Positions 58,857 through 64,000 of a DNA stretch of 64,000 nt are shown here, piece by piece (within the stretch, counting starts at the first letter, position 1; each line of letters begins with the position of its first letter). Under the pieces are notes generated by a model that saw nothing but the letters and a program-made list of their open reading frames with translations, did not search any database and had not been told where the DNA came from. The position numbers were made by a program, and so were the translations under genes. The DNA is from an uncultured Gammaproteobacteria bacterium (lineage in GTDB: Bacteria > Patescibacteriota > Patescibacteriia > Magasanikbacterales > UBA922). The DNA is taken from the NCBI GenBank assembly GCA_964612105.1, contig CAZTEU010000003.1:3050-67049 (forward strand), read 5' to 3'.

Positions 58857-60065
58857 CTAAGAAACTACTTGTTTTAATTTCCACATACCATCTTTTTTCT
58901 CCCATAGATGTGGTAATCTGTATGCGTCAACAACTTCCCAAAATCTTTCTTCAGATATATCAAGATATTTTATAAAGTCTTGAAAATATACTGACGGAAA
59001 CTCTCCATCATACCTTTTTACAAGTGCAATAGCTTCGTCTCTATCTATGTGACCAGATCTTATTTCCATCATTGCATCACGAGTTGCTCTACCCATACCA
59101 AATTTAATATACCCCAAATACCAATGGAAGCCATCTGTTTTATCATCCAAACTTGCATACTTTGAATGTGTCCCTTCTGACCTACCGTCTGGATTTACTT
59201 CAAAACCAGTATTTTTTGAGGCGTAGTAAAAATTTTCTTGCGGTACCCACTTCTTGTAATAGCTCATCCAGTGTGTCTGTATACCTGCATTTGCTAGTTC
59301 TTCATATTTTGGTGGCTGATAGAATAAAAACCTGTTTGGATTCGCCTCTTCTGCAGTTAATATTCCCAATTCTCTACCTGCTTCCAATACAGTCTCTACA
59401 CCAGCACCTTTATAATGGAAGTGGTCCCAGTCATCTATAGATTCATATGATTTGAGAGCATCTTTCATAGAACCGCCATACTCAGCCTCACCATTCTCCC
59501 CTAAAAATATTAATTTAATATCAAACTTAAGAGCTATGTGAAAGGCATATGAATTCTGACCGTATGTAAACGGCTCCCATGCATCTCCTTTTACTTCGAA
59601 AGCAGTCCTTGCTAATTTACGATGAAGTACCCCATCTTGATAGCAAGACAGCACATTAAATCCAGATTGTACAAAATTATTAAAATTCTTCCAACCTATA
59701 TCTGTATATATAAATGGTGCCCAAGTTACACACAGAGGGTGCATTCCGTACTTCTCTTTTAAGACGTGGGCAACATACCCACTATCTTTTCCTCCACTAC
59801 CTGGAACAATAATGTCAAAACTACCATCTTTTGATCTGTGCTTATTGAGAAGTTCTACTAATTCCTGCTCCCTAGCATCCCAGTCTATTTTATTCTCTTT
59901 ATATTCCGCATAATTACACGCAGAACATACTCCGTTTTCGTCAAACACTATTCTTGGACGCTGATTGGAGACAACACACTTTTTGCAAAATACCACCTCT
60001 CTTGGTAGTGCATCTAATTGCTTATCTAATATCTTCATATGTGTAATTAAAGAATACCTCCCCAA
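58857..60065 (-). CDS. second N-acetyl sugar amidotransferase (PP-loop; PseA/WbuX-like)
   Basis: VVFCKKCV...CSAC and PP-loop IIVPGSGGKDSGYVAH. Paralog of 47954..49249. Likely start is the Met at 60038. Confidence 0.8.
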   Translation of the reverse strand: MGRYSLITHMKILDKQLDALPREVVFCKKCVVSNQRPRIVFDENGVCSACNYAEYKENKIDWDAREQELVELLNKHRSKDGSFDIIVPGSGGKDSGYVAHVLKEKYGMHPLCVTWAPFIYTDIGWKNFNNFVQSGFNVLSCYQDGVLHRKLARTAFEVKGDAWEPFTYGQNSYAFHIALKFDIKLIFLGENGEAEYGGSMKDALKSYESIDDWDHFHYKGAGVETVLEAGRELGILTAEEANPNRFLFYQPPKYEELANAGIQTHWMSYYKKWVPQENFYYASKNTGFEVNPDGRSEGTHSKYASLDDKTDGFHWYLGYIKFGMGRATRDAMMEIRSGHIDRDEAIALVKRYDGEFPSVYFQDFIKYLDISEERFWEVVDAYRLPHLWEKKDGMWKLKQVVS

Positions 60066-60073
60066 TAACTAAA

Positions 60074-61519
60074 TTATATTAACAAGTCTTCTATCTCATT
60101 TGAGATAGTGTTCTTTATAGTAGAAGAGCTGTCTTCATTTTTCTTTTCCTCCAACACCTTCTTGCCATCAATAAATATCATAATAGTATTTTCATCTGTT
60201 TCTATACGAATATCTTTTGATTTTAAGTTATCGAAACTTTGATTCTCAGACAGCTTGTTCTCAATAATCCCAGCTGCGATTGTTTCACCCGTTATTTCAT
60301 GTATTAATATGAAACTCCCAGTTATATGATTTTCTACGTATGGATCAAAAGAAATATCCCTTTCGGTTCTTATTGAGACCTTACATATGTCATTAAGATT
60401 AATTGATTCTGGCGATAACTTCCTGTATGCAAAATCTTTTAGAGAAAGGGTAGATTTTATTTCCAAAACAGAACAAAACATTTGGTTTGTAGTATGTTTA
60501 ATTATATATCTACCTGACATGTTTTCTTTTGCAGTATCAGAAGCAAACCAAAGCAGAGTTGCCTCAATCTTATTTGAAATAATTAGAGACTCATCCCTAG
60601 CACTGGTAAACATATCTCCTCTCGATATGTCTCTTTCTTCTTCAAGAGTTATGACAACACTATCTCCTGAAGTCGCACGGCGTAACTTATTCTTACCTGA
60701 AAATATGTCTTTTATTCGTCCTTTTTCCAGAGATGGAGATACTGTAATAAAATCACCAACCCTAACATGACCAGATTCTACTGAACCAGCATATCCTCTG
60801 AAATCTTGATGAGGTCTTAGTACACATTGAACTGGAAAGCGAAATTTTAGCGTTTCTTTTTCACTAACACTTATATTCTCTAGATATTCGTATACTGTTG
60901 GTCCGCTGTACCAATCCAATTTGTCTGATCTATTGAACACCATGTCTCCTTTTAACGCTGATATAGGAATACATTGTATGTTATTTATACCACACATTTT
61001 GCCGAATATAGTAATTTCTTTCTTAATTGATTCAAAATATGTTTTATCATATCCATGATAATCCATTTTATTCACCAAAACTGCAATATTACTCACCCCA
61101 AATATGCTTGCTATATATAAATGTCTTTTTGTTTGTTCTGTAATTCCGCCCCTAACATCAATTAGTAGTAATGCTATGTCTGCATCAGAAGCTGCGGTTG
61201 CCATATTACGAGTATATTGCACATGCCCTGGCACGTCAGCAAATACATATCTTCTATTTGAGGTAGTTAGGTATCTATATGCAACATCTATAGTAATCTT
61301 CTGTTCCTTTTCTGCAGTAAGACCATCTGTAAACAAGGAAAAGTCCAACTCTCCATCTATTTTAGATCTCTTTTCTACATTTAGAATTTGATCCTGAGGA
61401 ACATTGTTCGTGTCATAAAGTAACCTACCCATAAAAGTGGATTTTCCATCGTCCACACTTCCGGCAGTCATAACACGTATCATTTCTTTACTTTTGTTTT
61501 TTTTCTCAAATAAATGCAT
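60074..61519 (-). CDS. cysN: sulfate adenylyltransferase subunit 1 (GTPase CysN/NodQ-N; no fused APS-kinase domain)
   Basis: G1 GSVDDGKST, G3 DVPGH, G4 NKMD, and EF-Tu-like domains II/III. The ORF-track start at 61576 would overlap cysD. The Met at 61519 lies 1 nt after the cysD stop, with an AAGGA RBS. Confidence 0.85.
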   Translation of the reverse strand: MHLFEKKNKSKEMIRVMTAGSVDDGKSTFMGRLLYDTNNVPQDQILNVEKRSKIDGELDFSLFTDGLTAEKEQKITIDVAYRYLTTSNRRYVFADVPGHVQYTRNMATAASDADIALLLIDVRGGITEQTKRHLYIASIFGVSNIAVLVNKMDYHGYDKTYFESIKKEITIFGKMCGINNIQCIPISALKGDMVFNRSDKLDWYSGPTVYEYLENISVSEKETLKFRFPVQCVLRPHQDFRGYAGSVESGHVRVGDFITVSPSLEKGRIKDIFSGKNKLRRATSGDSVVITLEEERDISRGDMFTSARDESLIISNKIEATLLWFASDTAKENMSGRYIIKHTTNQMFCSVLEIKSTLSLKDFAYRKLSPESINLNDICKVSIRTERDISFDPYVENHITGSFILIHEITGETIAAGIIENKLSENQSFDNLKSKDIRIETDENTIMIFIDGKKVLEEKKNEDSSSTIKNTISNEIEDLLI

Positions 61520-61520
61520 A

Positions 61521-62462
61521 CTAAAAGTATCCTTGTCGTTTTTTCTCTTCCATGGATGAATCAGAAGTATAGTCAATTCCTCTATTTCTGCGCTCTGAGT
61601 ATTTGGCGTTCTTTACCTCCTCAATTATTTCTTCGACTGTGGTTGCGGTAGATGGTACCACCCCTGTGGACGGTGCACATCCAAGCGTCCTATATCTACA
61701 TACTAAAGATTCGACTTTCTCATTTGCACCAGACATTGTAAATTCGTCAACTCTCACTTTAATACCATTTCTTTCTACTATGTCTCTACGTTCTGCAAAA
61801 TATAGCGGAACCACTTCTATCTTTTCTCTCAATATATAGTTCCATATGTCTGTCTCCGTCCAATTTGATAATGGAAAAACTCTCATAGTCTCCCCAGCTC
61901 GCAATTCCGAATTGTATAAGTGCCACAATTCTGGACGTTGTTTTTTTGGGTTCCAGTCTGATCTGTTGGATCTAACTGAAAACACCCTTTCTTTTGCGCG
62001 AGATTTTTCTTCTTCTCGCCTTGCCCCACCAATAGCACCATCAAAACCGTGACTATCGATGGCTTGTAAAAGCGGTTTAGTTTTTTTATGGTAAATGTAG
62101 TAATCTGTGTTTGCATCCTCTCCTGACAAAGATTTTGCCTCTGCTGACTCTCCTTTATGTACAAATAGTTTTGCACCGACTTTATTTATATAGTAATCAC
62201 GAAATTTGATCATTTCAGGGAATTTAAAGCCTGTATCAATATGAAGAAGAGGAAAAGGAATCTTACTAGGATAGAAGGCTTTTTGTGCTAATCTTAGCAG
62301 AACAGATGAATCCTTTCCTATTGAATATAGCAAAACTGGCTTTTTAAAACTTGCAAAAGCCTCTCTAATAATATATATTGCCTCCGACTCTAGCTGTGAT
62401 AATGTTTTATCAAGACCCTTAGATTTCATATCTTCAGTTTTACATGATAATGTATGTGTCAA
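61521..62462 (-). CDS. cysD: sulfate adenylyltransferase subunit 2 (PAPS-reductase-like ATP sulfurylase small subunit)
   Basis: ESEAIYIIREAFASF, YSIGKDSSVLLRLAQKAF, HIDTGFKFPE, all diagnostic of CysD. Confidence 0.85.
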   Translation of the reverse strand: MTHTLSCKTEDMKSKGLDKTLSQLESEAIYIIREAFASFKKPVLLYSIGKDSSVLLRLAQKAFYPSKIPFPLLHIDTGFKFPEMIKFRDYYINKVGAKLFVHKGESAEAKSLSGEDANTDYYIYHKKTKPLLQAIDSHGFDGAIGGARREEEKSRAKERVFSVRSNRSDWNPKKQRPELWHLYNSELRAGETMRVFPLSNWTETDIWNYILREKIEVVPLYFAERRDIVERNGIKVRVDEFTMSGANEKVESLVCRYRTLGCAPSTGVVPSTATTVEEIIEEVKNAKYSERRNRGIDYTSDSSMEEKKRQGYF

Positions 62463-62518
62463 ATAGTGCCTTTAAAGTGCACTAATAACACGCGTCATTA
62501 TAGTAAAATACCCCACTA

Positions 62519-63484
62519 TTGTCAATGTGCAAAAAAGAGGGTAAAATAACTCTACTAAATACTTTAAATATGTTACAACTATCAAATAATATATACAATT
62601 CTTGCAACAAGGCAATTTTCATTTCTGGATCCGCAAGGAGCGGAACAACCATATTGGGAAAAATAGTTAACTCTATGAAAAATGTGGAGTATGTTTTCGA
62701 ACCCCCTATTCTTTTTTCCTTGTTTAGATCATATAAGAACATGGAGGAAAATGCGTGGAAGCTTCTTTATGAGACTTATTTGTTTGAAGATTTTCTTATA
62801 GATTCTCTTTCTGGAAGAAATATTAACTGCAATAGGCACGACGATAGCTCAATTTATAATGTTAAAACAGAAAAAGAGGTCGAGGAACGACATGCAAAAA
62901 GCTGGAGACGGTCGGAGCTAGAAAATCTTTCAAGGGAGAGTATAATAGCGTATAAAATGCCAGATGTTGTAGACTTTATTCCGCAATTGCAACTTTATTA
63001 TCCAGGAACACGAGTGATTATACTTCTAAGACACCCTAACGATATACTGAATTCATTTGTTAACAAAGGATGGTTTACTGACGAGAGTCTAAAAAGCAAA
63101 AGTCAACTATTCTGGCCTAGTTGGGTTTTTGGTGATTATAAAATACCCCACTCTGTTAAAGAAGAGGACATCGATCAGTTTGTGTCTTCAAATGAGCTTG
63201 AACGGATAGCATACTATTATAATAGATCCTACAGCGCTATAGAGAAAATACATGGTGCTGTAATTGTTGATTATAAGGATCTTGTTAATGATACAGAAGG
63301 TGTTGTTTCAAACATATCAAAAAACTTTGGACTAGAGTTCGGAGACAAGACTCAAGAAATAATGGACTCTATTGTATCAGGACATGAAGATGTTAGTACT
63401 GATCTTTTGTCTAAATTAGACAAAAAAGAACAAGAAGATTTACTTTCTATATACGAAAAAACAAAAAAGTTTGGCTCATCTTGA
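62519..63484 (+). CDS. sulfotransferase (PAPS-dependent, Sulfotransfer_1/3-like)
   Basis: 5'-PSB-like ISGSARSGTT and 3'-PB-like RHPNDILNS (RxxxDxxxS) motifs. Divergent from cysDN. Confidence 0.72.
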   Translation: MSMCKKEGKITLLNTLNMLQLSNNIYNSCNKAIFISGSARSGTTILGKIVNSMKNVEYVFEPPILFSLFRSYKNMEENAWKLLYETYLFEDFLIDSLSGRNINCNRHDDSSIYNVKTEKEVEERHAKSWRRSELENLSRESIIAYKMPDVVDFIPQLQLYYPGTRVIILLRHPNDILNSFVNKGWFTDESLKSKSQLFWPSWVFGDYKIPHSVKEEDIDQFVSSNELERIAYYYNRSYSAIEKIHGAVIVDYKDLVNDTEGVVSNISKNFGLEFGDKTQEIMDSIVSGHEDVSTDLLSKLDKKEQEDLLSIYEKTKKFGSS

Positions 63485-64000
63485 TAACCCTACTTTTGAA
63501 GCTAATAATTCCACAAGTGGACCTAGTGCTCTCTTTTTTTTATCTATTTGCCCAGCCCCATCAATATCCCAAATTTGAGCTAAGTCTATTGGAGCACTCT
63601 CTTTGTACAAACCTGCTATAAAATCAATGAGTTCTTTGTCATTATACTTAAAATTCTCTAACTGATATTCAATTAGTTCTGGCAACTTTTGAACTGAATT
63701 ACACCTCTCCACCATCGATAGTGCTTTGTAAAAAACATCTCCAAACACTATAGCTGGCTTTTTAAGCAAAACCCCTTCCCAGGCCGCAGTACCTGTGACC
63801 GCTATCACCATCTTACTTTTTTGTATTAAATCCAAACTCGATGTTGAAGGATGAATCAATTTTACATTTGGTATTTTTTTTATCCGCTTGTAATAATCTC
63901 TAGGCCTCAACCCAATCATACAAGGGTGATCTTTGACATATAGTTTGTAGTGTATTGGAAGTGACCGGGCTATCTGTTCTATAAGCCACTGCTGGTCTGT
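63476..64000 (-). CDS. partial (N-terminus beyond window end) GT-B-like protein paralogous to the C-terminus of 52490..53923
   Basis: AVTGTAAWEGVLLKKPAIVFG vs VASVGGTSPWEGVLRGKPGIIFG. The reading frame continues open to the window edge upstream of the annotated Met. Confidence 0.4.
   Translation of the reverse strand, partial: TDQQWLIEQIARSLPIHYKLYVKDHPCMIGLRPRDYYKRIKKIPNVKLIHPSTSSLDLIQKSKMVIAVTGTAAWEGVLLKKPAIVFGDVFYKALSMVERCNSVQKLPELIEYQLENFKYNDKELIDFIAGLYKESAPIDLAQIWDIDGAGQIDKKKRALGPLVELLASKVGLSR

Noticed and set aside
62482-62742. 86-aa minus-strand ORF in the cysD/sulfotransferase divergent region
   Set aside because: It overlaps the 5' end of the sulfotransferase gene antisense and has no motif. 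The region is better explained as divergent promoters plus the sulfotransferase N-terminus.
1-64000. CRISPR arrays, transposases, integrases or prophage blocks
   Set aside because: No regularly spaced direct repeats were found, and no ORF carries DDE, tyrosine/serine recombinase or phage structural-protein signatures. The only repeat structure is the duplicated terminator/rplU-tail module.

Overview
This 64-kb window comes from an AT-rich (~35% GC) bacterial chromosome and is almost entirely coding, dominated by cell-envelope glycan biosynthesis. The housekeeping genes look Gram-positive-like (RNase Y, YtxH-like protein, HU, DnaB, YbaB, RecR, L21). The taxon is uncertain and could be a Patescibacteria/CPR-like lineage.

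Layout, in order:
- 1-12.6 kb: a GC-rich orphan ORF, then hppA (membrane H+/Na+-pyrophosphatase), two SAM-dependent methyltransferases, truB, rny, hup, tRNA-Met and tRNA-Glu, a class-B PBP transpeptidase, a YtxH-like protein, a CtpA-type S41 protease and murA.
- 12.6-22.6 kb: a PEGA-domain membrane protein, then a minus-strand dTDP-6-deoxyhexose and glycosyltransferase operon. It holds a long-form RmlA-like gene, four overlapping GT2 genes, a cupin, RmlD-like and RmlB genes, a disrupted FdtA/RmlC-like cupin gene, a NUDIX hydrolase and a HIT protein.
- 22.6-29.2 kb: two paralogous giant polytopic membrane proteins with a GC-rich single-gene island between them, encoding a CDP-alcohol phosphatidyltransferase-like protein, then a GT4 gene.
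- 29.3-32.6 kb: dnaB, ybaB and recR, a small orphan ORF framed by duplicated copies of the terminator plus rplU 3' tail, and rplU itself.
- 32.7-36.1 kb: a secreted S8 subtilase followed by a TSP3-repeat, calcium-binding surface protein.
- 36.1-64 kb: a very large surface-glycan locus:
  - a WbaP-like initiating phosphotransferase, an SDR epimerase and a UDP-sugar dehydrogenase;
  - two apparently complete nonulosonic acid (Pse/Leg-type) biosynthesis sets. Each has a NeuB-family synthase, a CMP-sugar synthetase and a PP-loop N-acetyl-sugar amidotransferase. Alongside them are a PseB-like dehydratase, a PseC-like aminotransferase, a formyltransferase, a hydrolysing 2-epimerase, HisH/HisF paralogs, a SIS isomerase, Gfo/Idh/MocA and SDR oxidoreductases, an ABC exporter, a TagF/KpsC-like GT-B protein, and a sulfation module (cysD, cysN, sulfotransferase).

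No CRISPR array, transposase or integrase was seen. The most unusual items are the compositional islands, the disrupted cupin gene with a G-run slip site, the duplicated rplU-tail/terminator module, and the dual acetamidino/formyl/sulfated nonulosonate locus.
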